In this document: in pieces, positions 8,822-17,707 of the stretch
Layout: each line of letters begins with the position of its first letter
Position numbering within the stretch: the first letter of the stretch is position 1
Assembly (NCBI RefSeq): GCF_002945325.1
Contig: NZ_CP026606.1
Coordinates: forward strand, 840,001 to 872,000
Source: Methanococcus maripaludis
GTDB taxonomy: Archaea; AGJL01; Methanococci; Methanococcales; Methanococcaceae
Length of the DNA: 32,000 nucleotides
Reading direction: 5' to 3'
Made by a program: the position numbers and the translations under genes
The notes under the pieces: generated by a model
Told to the model about the DNA's origin: nothing
What the model saw: the letters and a program-made list of their open reading frames with translations, nothing else
Database searches by the model: none

Positions 8822-9790
8822 ATGCATGCAATTGAAGTAAAAAATCTGGTAAAAAAATTTGATACAAATGTGGCGGTAAATAACGTCTCATTTAATGTGG
8901 ATAAAGGAGAAATTTTTGCATTTTTGGGGCCAAATGGGGCAGGAAAAAGTACCACAATAAATATACTTACAACACTTCTTAAATCAACGTCAGGTAGTGC
9001 AGTAATTTCGGGTTTTGATGCATCTAAAGACCCTAAAAAAGTTAGAAAAACTATAGGAATTGTTTTTCAAGATTCTACTCTTGATAACCAGTTAACTGCT
9101 TATGAAAATCTCTACATCCACGGAAAAATATATGGATACAAAGGAGAAGCCCTGAAAAACCGGATTGAAGAGTTACTCGAATTTGTAGAATTGCTGGATT
9201 TTAAAGATAAAATTGTAAAAAATTTCAGCGGCGGAATGGTTAGAAGACTTGAAATTGCAAGATCATTAATTCACGAACCCGAAGTTCTATTTTTAGATGA
9301 ACCAACAATCGGACTTGACCCCCAAACAAGATCTCACATCTGGGAATACATTAAAAAGATGCAAACAAAAAATAACATGACGATATTTTTAACTACCCAC
9401 TACATGGAAGAAGCAGAACTTTTGGCTGATAAAGTTGCAATAATTGATAACGGGAAAATCATTGCTGAAGGAATCGTAAACGAACTTAAAAAAATCGTTG
9501 GAAATGACTGCATCTCGGTAAAATTCGAAGAAATTCCAAAAAATGTGCCTTTTGAGAATTGCGAACTTAAAGAAAACGGAAAAGTAATTTATTATACCGA
9601 AAATGCTGATTTAAAAATTCCAAAAATATTTGAATTTGCACATGAAAACGGCTTAAAAATTCAGGAAATAAGTTATAAAAAGCCGAATTTAAACGATGTC
9701 TTTATAAAATTAACAGGACGGGAAATAAGATCTGAAAAAGATAAAAATCAAAAATCCATACTTCCCCTGGGAAAAAGGAGGAGATTTTAA
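8822..9790 (+). CDS. ABC transporter ATP-binding protein (ABC-2/DrrA type)
   Basis: Walker A GPNGAGKST, signature FSGGMVRRL, Walker B VLFLDEPT, H-loop TTHYMEE. The start is ambiguous among ATG 8807, 8813 and 8822. ATG 8822 lies 9 nt after a GGAG. All three candidates overlap or abut the padR stop at 8818-8820. Confidence 0.9.
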   Translation: MHAIEVKNLVKKFDTNVAVNNVSFNVDKGEIFAFLGPNGAGKSTTINILTTLLKSTSGSAVISGFDASKDPKKVRKTIGIVFQDSTLDNQLTAYENLYIHGKIYGYKGEALKNRIEELLEFVELLDFKDKIVKNFSGGMVRRLEIARSLIHEPEVLFLDEPTIGLDPQTRSHIWEYIKKMQTKNNMTIFLTTHYMEEAELLADKVAIIDNGKIIAEGIVNELKKIVGNDCISVKFEEIPKNVPFENCELKENGKVIYYTENADLKIPKIFEFAHENGLKIQEISYKKPNLNDVFIKLTGREIRSEKDKNQKSILPLGKRRRF

Positions 9791-11173
9791 ATGAAAACTA
9801 CAAAAGGAGTTCAAAATCTACTCGGAGACCCTAAAAAAGCCATTGTAAAAATCTCGCTACCCATGGTTATTGCAATGTCGTTTCAATCATTATATAACAT
9901 AATTGATGCGATATGGGTTGCAGGACTCGGCTCAGACGCCCTTGCTGCAATTGGACTATTCTTTCCATTCATGTTTGCACTGATAGCAATTTCAAACGGT
10001 GTAGGTATTGGAGGAAGTTCCGCAATTTCTAGAAGAATTGGACAAAAAAATAAGGATGCAGCAGATAATATTGCGGTTCACTCAATTGTACTTGGAATAA
10101 TTCTTGGAATTTTATTAACCGGAGTTATTCCATTTTTAGGAACCATTTTCTCACTTATCGGGGCATCCGGAAATACCGTTACTATGGCAGTTGAATACTC
10201 CACAATTTTATTCGGCGGTGCTGTTGCCCTGCTCTTCACAAATATTGCAAATGCAATTTTAAGGGGGGAAGGGGACACGAAAAGAGCGATGTATGCGATA
10301 ATTCTTGGTTCAGTTTTGAATATCGTGCTCGATCCGATTTTTATATATGTATTAAATATGGGTGTAGCAGGTGCTGCTTGGGCAACCCTACTTTCACTAG
10401 TGATTACGGGCATTTTATTCGTTTACTGGCTTTTTATTAAAAAAGATACGTTTCTTAAAATTTCGTTTGAAAAATTCAAGCTGGATATTAACATCATAAA
10501 AGAAATATTCTCGATAGGACTTCCTGCTTCTATTTCACACCTCACTATGGCATTTTCAATGTTTTTATTGACTGCAATTGTTGCAAAAGCCGGTGGAAAC
10601 GATGGAATTGCAGTATTTTCAACAGGCTGGAGAATTGTATCTATGGGAACAATCCCCCTCGTAGGGCTTGCAACAGGGGTTACAGTAGTAACTGGAGCAG
10701 CATATGGGTCCGCAAACCCTGAAAAATTAGAAATTTCTTATAAATACGCTTTAAAAATGGGAATTCTTGTTGAAACAATAATTGCAGCGCTAATATTGAT
10801 ATTTGAAAATCAGATTACTTATCTATTTACATATTCTGAAAATTCCGTGCATATTTTGGAGGGTTTACTGGTATTTTTAAAGTATATGTTCTTATTCTAC
10901 CCGACACTTCCACTTGGAATGCTTACTGCGGCCATGTTTCAGGGCGTTTCAAAAGGAAACAATTCATTATTTATCTCCTTACTAAGAACGATAATCCTCC
11001 AGATACCGATGGCGTATACATTTGGAATAATATTTAATCAGGGATTAACGGGTGTCTGGTTTGGAATGATTTTAGGACACGTTATCGCAGTTTCTATTGC
11101 ATATCTACTTGGAATATACACAATCAGACAGTTTAAAGCTACATTAACTCCAGAAACTGTAAAATTTAAGTAA
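9791..11173 (+). CDS. MATE-family multidrug/toxin efflux transporter
   Basis: 460 aa, about 12 TM helices, with a MATE-type N-terminus (KISLPMVIAMSFQSLYNIIDAIWVAGLG). The ATG directly follows the ATPase stop (TAA ATG), and an AGGAGGAG SD lies inside the ATPase 3' end. Confidence 0.85.
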   Translation: MKTTKGVQNLLGDPKKAIVKISLPMVIAMSFQSLYNIIDAIWVAGLGSDALAAIGLFFPFMFALIAISNGVGIGGSSAISRRIGQKNKDAADNIAVHSIVLGIILGILLTGVIPFLGTIFSLIGASGNTVTMAVEYSTILFGGAVALLFTNIANAILRGEGDTKRAMYAIILGSVLNIVLDPIFIYVLNMGVAGAAWATLLSLVITGILFVYWLFIKKDTFLKISFEKFKLDINIIKEIFSIGLPASISHLTMAFSMFLLTAIVAKAGGNDGIAVFSTGWRIVSMGTIPLVGLATGVTVVTGAAYGSANPEKLEISYKYALKMGILVETIIAALILIFENQITYLFTYSENSVHILEGLLVFLKYMFLFYPTLPLGMLTAAMFQGVSKGNNSLFISLLRTIILQIPMAYTFGIIFNQGLTGVWFGMILGHVIAVSIAYLLGIYTIRQFKATLTPETVKFK

Positions 11174-11182
11174 GTGGTTATT

Positions 11183-11944
11183 ATGGATGCGTTTTCAGCA
11201 ATGTTTTATCGGCAACTTAGAAGATTTACACGTGCAAAATCCAGAGTACTTGGTTCATTACTAAATCCGCTCGTCTGGCTAGTTTTCTTTGGAATAGGCT
11301 GGAGCAGGGCATTTGATTTTCCAGCCGCAAGAGAAATATTTGGGGGAGTTGACTACCTGACATATTTAATTCCAGGAGTCGTTTCAATGACAGTATTTAG
11401 CGGAAGCTTCATCAGCGGTGTTACTGTTATTTGGGATAAACAGTTTGGATTTTTAAAAGAAACCCTTGTTGCTCCAACGTCAAGAAGCGAAGCAATTTTA
11501 GGCAGAATTATGGGGGACTCCATAACTGCACTCATTCAGGGCGTTTTGATAATGGTACTGAGCCTTTTTTTAGTATCTTTAAACCCTTTCGGAATGATTC
11601 CAGTAATTTTTACAAGTTTCATTCTTGCGGTAGCATTTGCAAGTGTTGGAATATCGTTAGGATTAAAAATAAACAGCCAGGAAGGTTTTCACTTAATATT
11701 TGGACTTTTAATGCAGCCATTAATATTTTTAAGCGGTGCATTTTACCCAATAGATGCAATGCCAACTTGGATGAAAATTCTGGCATATCTAAATCCCCTA
11801 ACATATGCAGTTGATTCTGCAAGATATTTTTTAGCAGGCTTTTCAAGATTTCCAATAATTCTCGATGTTTCAATTTTAATTGTTTTGAGCGTTTTTCTCG
11901 TAGTTTTAGCCATGTACACGTTTGAAAAGGCGGTTATTGAATAA
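11183..11944 (+). CDS. ABC-2 type transporter permease
   Basis: About 253 aa with 6 TM helices and an ABC-2/DrrB-like layout. A possible GTG start at 11174 directly abuts the MATE stop. ATG 11183 is an alternative start. Confidence 0.8.
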   Translation: MDAFSAMFYRQLRRFTRAKSRVLGSLLNPLVWLVFFGIGWSRAFDFPAAREIFGGVDYLTYLIPGVVSMTVFSGSFISGVTVIWDKQFGFLKETLVAPTSRSEAILGRIMGDSITALIQGVLIMVLSLFLVSLNPFGMIPVIFTSFILAVAFASVGISLGLKINSQEGFHLIFGLLMQPLIFLSGAFYPIDAMPTWMKILAYLNPLTYAVDSARYFLAGFSRFPIILDVSILIVLSVFLVVLAMYTFEKAVIE

Positions 11945-12034
11945 TTCCGATTTAAAACGTAAATTATATATGGCTGTAATATAAAATAGTCATAAATATT
12001 AAAAATGAATTAAAAAATATTACAGGTGCAGATC

Positions 12035-12472
12035 ATGGAAGCATTGGTTTTGGTAGGCCACGGTAGCAGACTCCCTCACTCAAAAAACGTTGTTATGGAA
12101 GTTGCTGAAAAAATAAAAGCAAGAAATATTTACGACATTGTAGAAGTTGGTATGATGGAATTCAACGAACCTACAATTCCCCAAACGATAAAAAAAGTAA
12201 TTGATGCAGGTGCTAAAAAAGTAATTGTAACACCAGTATTTTTAGCTCCAGGAAACCACACTGAAAGAGATATTCCAAAAATACTTGGAATTTATGAAGG
12301 AGACGATGAAGGAGGACATGACCACCATCACGAACACCATCACCACCATCACCACCATCACGACACAGAAACTGTCGAAATTCCAGAAGGTGTTGAATTA
12401 GTGTACAGAAAACCAATGGGTGCAGATGATAGAATTATAGACATAGTCCTCGATAGAGCTAACGGACTTTAA
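12035..12472 (+). CDS. cfbA: sirohydrochlorin nickel/cobalt chelatase, small CbiX(S)/CfbA type, with His-rich insert
   Basis: 145 aa from ATG 12035, with an AGGTG SD 6 nt upstream. Contains the class II chelatase motifs LVGHGSR and APGNHTERDIP, and the insert GGHDHHHEHHHHHHHHHD. Confidence 0.85.
   Translation: MEALVLVGHGSRLPHSKNVVMEVAEKIKARNIYDIVEVGMMEFNEPTIPQTIKKVIDAGAKKVIVTPVFLAPGNHTERDIPKILGIYEGDDEGGHDHHHEHHHHHHHHHDTETVEIPEGVELVYRKPMGADDRIIDIVLDRANGL
12323..12361 (+). repeat. 9-bp CACCATCAC (His-His-His) codon repeat, 1 + 3 tandem copies
   Basis: CACCATCAC at 12323-12331, then GAA, then three perfect tandem copies at 12335-12361. Read directly from the sequence. Confidence 0.9.
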
Positions 12473-12518
12473 TTTAATCTTTTAATTTTAAAAAAAATAA
12501 AAAAAGTATTTTATTTAA
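12473..12518. terminator. AT-rich convergent intergenic region with oligo-T/oligo-A runs (bidirectional terminator candidate)
   Basis: Lies between the convergent cfbA and get3-like stops. A8 and A7 runs read as T-runs on the minus strand, and short T-runs are present on the plus strand. Confidence 0.4.
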
Positions 12519-13556
12519 TTAAGCTACAATTACTTCTTTTTCTTCTTCGGATTTAGCTTCTCCGTAGAGTTTGTGTGCAATATCTTTTAAAACATCGAGT
12601 CCTTTTGCCTCGGTTCTTAATAATTCAAGATTTGCAATAACTTTGTCGCCGAATTTTTCTTTTACAAGTTCAAGTCTTTTTTCCTGTAAGCTTCTTCTTG
12701 CTCTACAGAAGTCACATTCTACATCTTCAGGAATAATCTGGTTTACAACAACTGAATCTACAGGTATTTTAAACTTGTTTAAAGCTTCCATTGCTCTTTC
12801 ACTTTCTAAAATACTCATTTCTTCAGGAATTACAACAATTCTGAATGCTGTTCTTTCAGGGTTTGCCAAGATTCCTCTTGCTTTTGTAACTTTAGCTTTC
12901 ATTGTTTCCATTTCTTCTAAAGCTTTGTCGTAATCTACTTCTTCGCCTTTACCGCCAAATGGCATGACTTTTTTCATCATGTTCATAAAACCGCTCATCT
13001 GTTTTTTGAACTTGATCATTTTAGTCATGTATTTGTCCATAATTTCCGGAAGACCTAAGAATCTTAAAGTGTGGCCTGTTGGTGCGGTATCAAATACAAC
13101 TACATCGAATTCGTCGCTGTCCATGTATTTTAAAAATACATCGAATGCTGCGCTTTCATCAGTTCCTGGAGATAATGAAGCCATTTCAAGCTGGTCTTCA
13201 AGCATTCCGCCCATCATTGGGTTTTCGTCCATTTGTGATTTTAATTTTTCTTTGTATTCTGACATTGCAACTTCAGGGTCGATTTCTACAACATAGAGGT
13301 TTTCCATGCCGTTTACTTTTGTTGGTTCGTGACCAAATGACTGTTCAAAGCTGTCTTTTAATGAGTGAGCAGGGTCGGTTGAAACTACAACTGTTTTCAG
13401 GCCTTGTTCTGCACAGTAAATACCTGTTGCGGCACTCATTGTAGTTTTTCCAACTCCCCCTTTTCCACCAAACATGATGTACTTGGTTCCGTTTTCTTTT
13501 TCGAGTTTTTTAGTAGTAATTCCTTTCAATGATTCCTTTATTTTAGATAATACCAA
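12519..13556 (-). CDS. ArsA/Get3-family ATPase (archaeal Get3 homologue)
   Basis: Deviant Walker [11 protein letters not shown], plus DPAHSL and [12 protein letters not shown]. Met-rich segments ([30 protein letters not shown]) and a CDFC (CxxC) motif are typical of Get3 rather than arsenite-pump ArsA. TTG start at 13556 has an AGGTGA SD 4 nt upstream. Confidence 0.85.
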   Translation of the reverse strand: MVLSKIKESLKGITTKKLEKENGTKYIMFGGKGGVGKTTMSAATGIYCAEQGLKTVVVSTDPAHSLKDSFEQSFGHEPTKVNGMENLYVVEIDPEVAMSEYKEKLKSQMDENPMMGGMLEDQLEMASLSPGTDESAAFDVFLKYMDSDEFDVVVFDTAPTGHTLRFLGLPEIMDKYMTKMIKFKKQMSGFMNMMKKVMPFGGKGEEVDYDKALEEMETMKAKVTKARGILANPERTAFRIVVIPEEMSILESERAMEALNKFKIPVDSVVVNQIIPEDVECDFCRARRSLQEKRLELVKEKFGDKVIANLELLRTEAKGLDVLKDIAHKLYGEAKSEEEKEVIVA

Positions 13557-13616
13557 AATATCACCTTATCGCTAATCTAAGATACTTAGTAAGTACACGT
13601 TTTTATAGGTTTTTAA

Positions 13617-14261
13617 TTAACAGGGTTCATTTTTAAGTCGGCTAATTAATTCTTCGACATCCACAAGTGTTGAAATACATCCATCTTTCATTAAAAGCTG
13701 TCCTTGAACAGGTACATTTTTTCGAGAAAGAAACGTCATTCCGTGAAACATGTCGTTATGGCACGCTACTGCAAAAACGCCGTCCGGTTTTTTATCTTTT
13801 AATACCCGTTTTAAAAATGTTGAACCGGGAACTACGTAAGTTTTATACCCGTTTTCTTCAGCAACTTTTATTACCCTTCCAATCGGGCATTTTCCACAAA
13901 ATACGCATTCTACGCCATCGGGACCCAGCTTTCCGGGACATTTTAGATCCCTTAAACAGTGTGGAAGGATTAAAACCTTATTTTTGGCTTTTTTAAAGTC
14001 TTCGCAATAGTACTTGTTATAAAAATCACTTGCAACTTTATAAAATGTATCTTCGGTTCCAATTATCAGAAAAATTCTTAATAGAATGGAGTAGAAGTTA
14101 TTTGTAATATACAATGATAGTTTAGGAAACAAGATTTTATTTTTATTTATAAGGTAATAACCAAGACCAATTGCAGTTACAAACAATATCGCTGCTAAAA
14201 CAATTAGTATTAACAAAATCATGCCTAAATAATCAAAAATTCCTATATCAGTAAAATTCAT
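13617..14261 (-). CDS. DUF116-like Cys-rich membrane-anchored protein
   Basis: 214 aa. N-terminal TM helices are followed by a soluble domain with LILPHCLRDLKCPG...GVECVFCGKCPIG, the pattern I associate with DUF116. An alternative start is Met 14222. Confidence 0.55.
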   Translation of the reverse strand: MNFTDIGIFDYLGMILLILIVLAAILFVTAIGLGYYLINKNKILFPKLSLYITNNFYSILLRIFLIIGTEDTFYKVASDFYNKYYCEDFKKAKNKVLILPHCLRDLKCPGKLGPDGVECVFCGKCPIGRVIKVAEENGYKTYVVPGSTFLKRVLKDKKPDGVFAVACHNDMFHGMTFLSRKNVPVQGQLLMKDGCISTLVDVEELISRLKNEPC

Positions 14262-14279
14262 TTTATCACGGTGAAATTC

Positions 14280-15026
14280 ATGAAAATTTCAATTTCTTTT
14301 GATTTTTTTGGTAGTAGTGAACTCCAGAAAACAGTCGATTTTAGCGATTACTGTGTTATTGTAATCGATGTTTTAAGAGCTTCTGCAACCATTTGTACAC
14401 TACTTGACTTGTGCGATAAGATATATATAACAGGTAGTATCGAAAAAGCAGCGAATATAGAAAATTCTATAAAAATAGGTGAAAGAAACGCCAAAAAAAT
14501 TGAAGGATTTGATTTTGGAAATTCCCCTGTTGAATTAACTGTAAACAGGAAATTAATAAAAGAACATTTCGAAAATGGGGGAAATATTGTTTTAACCACA
14601 ACAAATGGAACAAGAGTTCTTGAAAATATCGTTTCAGATCATATTTTAATCGGTTCAATTACAAACGCACAAAATGTTGCAAAAAAAGCATACAAACTCG
14701 CAAAAGAAAATAATAAAGGAATAATGCTCGTTCCAGTCCACCGGAAAGGAAATTTTGCAATTGAAGACTTTATTGGGGCAGGAATTATTGCTGATTATAT
14801 TTTCAAAGAATACGATGAAGAAATTCCTGATGAAAAATTTGAAGAACTGATTCCTGCAAGAGCTTTGACTAAATCTGACTGGTTAAGAAAGATATTTGAA
14901 TCAAACTCTGGAAAAAATTTAAAAGAATTGGGTTACTTTGAAGATTTGATATTCTGTACGTCAAAAAACACTCAAAAATCCGTTGGAATTTTCGATAAAA
15001 AATCTGGAAGCATTTCTTCATTTTAA
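14280..15026 (+). CDS. comB: 2-phosphosulfolactate phosphatase (coenzyme M biosynthesis)
   Basis: ComB-family motifs VIDVLRASATI, GERN and GFDFGNSP. ATG 14280 has a GGTGA SD 5 nt upstream. The track start GTG 14271 lies inside that SD. Confidence 0.8.
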   Translation: MKISISFDFFGSSELQKTVDFSDYCVIVIDVLRASATICTLLDLCDKIYITGSIEKAANIENSIKIGERNAKKIEGFDFGNSPVELTVNRKLIKEHFENGGNIVLTTTNGTRVLENIVSDHILIGSITNAQNVAKKAYKLAKENNKGIMLVPVHRKGNFAIEDFIGAGIIADYIFKEYDEEIPDEKFEELIPARALTKSDWLRKIFESNSGKNLKELGYFEDLIFCTSKNTQKSVGIFDKKSGSISSF

Positions 15027-15177
15027 TTTAGAAACTGATATATAATTAAACTTGGATTTTATATTAAGAATCTTATATGAAGAATTATTTTTAAATTTAA
15101 ATGTTTAATCAACGTTTAATTTCACAGACTTAATGACTTACGGCTAAATGGAATAAAAAACGGTGGAGGAGAGTAAA

Positions 15178-16479
15178 TTGATATGGTCTAAAGAAGAAAC
15201 ATGGGACAGAAAAGAAATTGAAAAAATACAGCTTGAAAGATTAAAAGAATCGGTAAAAAGAGCTTATGAAAATGTATCCCTGTATAAGGAAAAATTTGAC
15301 AGCATCGGATTAAAACCTGAAGATATAAACACGTTAGATGACCTTAAAAAAATTCCTTTCACTGTAAAAGACGATTTTAGGGCAAATTATCCATTTGGAA
15401 TGTTTGCAGTTCCTAAAAAAGAAGTTGTGAGAATTCATGCTTCATCAGGAACTACTGGAAAGCCAACCGTTGTAGGCTACACAAAAAAAGATATCAGAAC
15501 TTGGGCAGAACTGATTTCTAGAGTTGTAACGGCTGCAGGTGTAACTGATGAAGATACAGCTCAAATCGCATTTGGTTACGGACTTTTTACCGGTGGATTC
15601 GGGTTACATTATGGTCTTGAAAATGTTGGGGCATCTGTCATTCCAATGTCAAGCGGAAACACGGAAAAGCAGATTATGCTCATGAAAGATTTTGAAACAA
15701 CCGTTTTAATATGTACTCCATCCTATGCGCTTTATATTGCAGAAGTTGCAGAAAAAATGGGAATTGACCCTAAAAAAGACTTGAAAGTAAGAATAGGTCT
15801 TTTTGGTGGAGAAGCATGCTCTGAATCTGCAAGAGCAGAAATTGAATCAAAATGGGGCATACTTGCAACCCAAAACTACGGTATGAGTGAATTAATGGGT
15901 CCAGGAGTTTCTGGAGATTGTGAATACCAGTGCGGAATGCATATTTCTGAAGACCACTTCATTGCAGAAATAATCGATCCAAAAACCGGCGAAGTACTCC
16001 CTGAAGGAGAAATTGGAGAACTTGTAATTACCACACTTACAAAAGAAGCACTGCCAGTTCTTAGATATCGAACAAAAGATATGACAAGCCTCACTTACGA
16101 AAAATGTAAATGCGGAAGAACTACCGCGAGAATGCTAAAAATAAGGGGAAGAAGCGACGATATGTTAATTATTCGAGGAGTAAACGTATTCCCAACACAA
16201 ATTGAAAGTGTTTTGGAAGGAATTGAAGAAATCGGACCGCATTATGAAATAATCGTTACCAAAAACGGACACCTAGACCAGATGACGATTAATATAGAAC
16301 TTGCAGATGGAAAATTCCTCGAAAAATTCAGCTGCCTTGAACAGATTAGTAAAAAAGTAGACCATAAATTAAAAACTGTGCTTGGATTAAGCTCTAAAAT
16401 AAATATAGTACAACCTAGAACCCTTGAAAGGTTTGAAGGTAAAGCAAAACGTGTAAAAGACTTAAGAAACGTGAATTAA
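15178..16479 (+). CDS. PaaK-like aryl-acid (phenylacetate)--CoA ligase / F390-synthetase family adenylating enzyme
   Basis: AMP-binding motifs SSGTTGKPT, YGMSE and YRTKD, with a size of about 433 aa typical of PaaK. The probable TTG start at 15178 follows a GGTGGAGGAG SD. GTG 15163 is an alternative but lies inside that SD. Confidence 0.8.
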   Translation: MIWSKEETWDRKEIEKIQLERLKESVKRAYENVSLYKEKFDSIGLKPEDINTLDDLKKIPFTVKDDFRANYPFGMFAVPKKEVVRIHASSGTTGKPTVVGYTKKDIRTWAELISRVVTAAGVTDEDTAQIAFGYGLFTGGFGLHYGLENVGASVIPMSSGNTEKQIMLMKDFETTVLICTPSYALYIAEVAEKMGIDPKKDLKVRIGLFGGEACSESARAEIESKWGILATQNYGMSELMGPGVSGDCEYQCGMHISEDHFIAEIIDPKTGEVLPEGEIGELVITTLTKEALPVLRYRTKDMTSLTYEKCKCGRTTARMLKIRGRSDDMLIIRGVNVFPTQIESVLEGIEEIGPHYEIIVTKNGHLDQMTINIELADGKFLEKFSCLEQISKKVDHKLKTVLGLSSKINIVQPRTLERFEGKAKRVKDLRNVN

Positions 16480-16550
16480 ATTACTTTTTTAATTTTTTTG
16501 AATTTTTAAATTTTAATTTTGAACTTGATTAAAAAAAGAAGATATTTTAA
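16480..16550. terminator. bidirectional oligo-T terminator region between convergent genes
   Basis: Plus-strand T6 (16485-16490) and T7 (16493-16499) follow the paaK-like stop. An A7 run at 16531-16537 reads as T7 on the minus strand after the L39e stop. Confidence 0.45.
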
Positions 16551-16706
16551 TTATTTTTTAAGGTTTTTTCTTCTCCAGTGTCTCATTTTTGGGTGCTGTT
16601 TAACGCTTCCTTTTGTTCTTGCAATAGCAAACATAGGAACTCTTCTGTTTTGTTTTAAAGCTTTTGCAAGTCTAATTTTTTTACCCAAAGGTTTGTTGCC
16701 TGCCAT
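16551..16706 (-). CDS. rpl39e: 50S ribosomal protein L39e (51 aa), absent from the ORF track
   Basis: My minus-strand translation is [51 protein letters not shown], a typical L39e sequence. A GAGGTGA SD lies 4 nt upstream of ATG 16706. The 71-aa plus-strand track ORF at 16519-16734 is its antisense shadow. Confidence 0.9.
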   Translation of the reverse strand: MAGNKPLGKKIRLAKALKQNRRVPMFAIARTKGSVKQHPKMRHWRRKNLKK

Positions 16707-16722
16707 CTTTTCACCTCTGAAC

Positions 16723-17322
16723 TTATCTTTTTAAACCAATAACTCTTGATTGAATGTGTTTTGGGAAGTATTCAAGCGGATCGATTCCTCTTTGCCGAAT
16801 TAACTCCCTTATTTCGGTTTCATAGTCTGATTTCAAAAGTTCTTCACTTTCTTTTTCAGAAATTATGAAATAATTGTTAACTAGATTTCTTAAAGTTTTG
16901 TGACCAAATCCCATTAAAGGAGTCACGTACTGAATATTTTTCCTCATTTCAAGACTCTGGATCTCAGAGTGATCAAGTCTTGGAACGCGGTCGTCTCTTC
17001 TCGTACCATCTGCAATTACATCGTATTTCTCGGAAATTATTTCGAGAACTTGCTTGTGTACAAACTGAATCCCGTTTCCAGGATATCCATCCTTTAAGAT
17101 CATGTCAACAGATTTTTCAATTAATTCCCTGTCCATTGATTCGACTTTATGAGGATAGCCAATTATTTTGGCAGTTTCTTCTGCATGACGGTATGAATCC
17201 AAAACTCCGAAATTAACGGTTACTAACTGAATGTCATAGCCCAGATTATGCAAAATTATGGCAGAAAGGGAACTATCTTTTCCACCGCTGAATAAAACGT
17301 GAGCTTTAGCCATGTGAATCAT
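16723..17322 (-). CDS. PP-loop family ATP pyrophosphatase (adenine nucleotide alpha-hydrolase superfamily), function unassigned
   Basis: N-terminal PP-loop motif [11 protein letters not shown]. 199 aa. The start ATG directly follows the stop of the upstream gene (TAA ATG). Confidence 0.7.
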   Translation of the reverse strand: MIHMAKAHVLFSGGKDSSLSAIILHNLGYDIQLVTVNFGVLDSYRHAEETAKIIGYPHKVESMDRELIEKSVDMILKDGYPGNGIQFVHKQVLEIISEKYDVIADGTRRDDRVPRLDHSEIQSLEMRKNIQYVTPLMGFGHKTLRNLVNNYFIISEKESEELLKSDYETEIRELIRQRGIDPLEYFPKHIQSRVIGLKR

Positions 17323-17685
17323 TTATTTTCTCATTATAGTGATTTCTTTCTTTGCAGGTCTGTTCATCTCGTATATTTTATCGAGAAGGCCTTTAAAATA
17401 CTCGTCAGTAAGCGGAACTGGAAGTTTTCCGGCCTGTGCGAGTTGTATTAATTGCATTTCAACCTGTTCTGCAAATTGAGGTTTTGCAAGTTTGATCCTT
17501 GCTAATCTCGACCTTGCTTCTTCGGAAAGAATCTGCCTGAGAATTTTTTGTTTTTGCATTTCGTACTGCATTTGCTGCTCTTGCATCTGTCTCTGTGCTT
17601 CAGGGTCATTTGCTGCCCCTTGGGCTTGAGCTTTTGCTTGCATTTCCTGCAATCTTCTTTGCCTTATTTCTTCTGGGTTCATCAA
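17323..17685 (-). CDS. PDCD5/TFAR19-family DNA-binding protein
   Basis: 120 aa. A Gln/Met-rich N-terminus is followed by [41 protein letters not shown], the conserved PDCD5-like core. A GAGGGGG SD lies upstream. Confidence 0.8.
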   Translation of the reverse strand: MMNPEEIRQRRLQEMQAKAQAQGAANDPEAQRQMQEQQMQYEMQKQKILRQILSEEARSRLARIKLAKPQFAEQVEMQLIQLAQAGKLPVPLTDEYFKGLLDKIYEMNRPAKKEITIMRK

Positions 17686-17707
17686 ACCCCCTCATCAATA
17701 AAATTAC

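Noticed and set aside
11960-12025. AT-rich inverted repeat (TTATAT-N9-ATATAA) upstream of cfbA as a possible nickel-regulator (NikR-like) site
   Set aside because: It is only 6+6 bp of pure A/T within a TATA-like context. It cannot be distinguished from background in this AT-rich genome and does not match the NikR half-sites I know.
12571-13444. Three plus-strand ORFs of 110-121 aa inside the get3/arsA gene
   Set aside because: They are shadow ORFs created by the GAA/AAG-rich coding strand. They are Ser/Phe/Leu-rich nonsense sequences with no SD, and the opposite-strand gene is strongly supported.
16519-16734. 71-aa plus-strand ORF ([14 protein letters not shown]...)
   Set aside because: It is the antisense shadow of a clear L39e gene on the minus strand (16551-16706). 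It has no SD and a low-complexity Leu/Phe composition.
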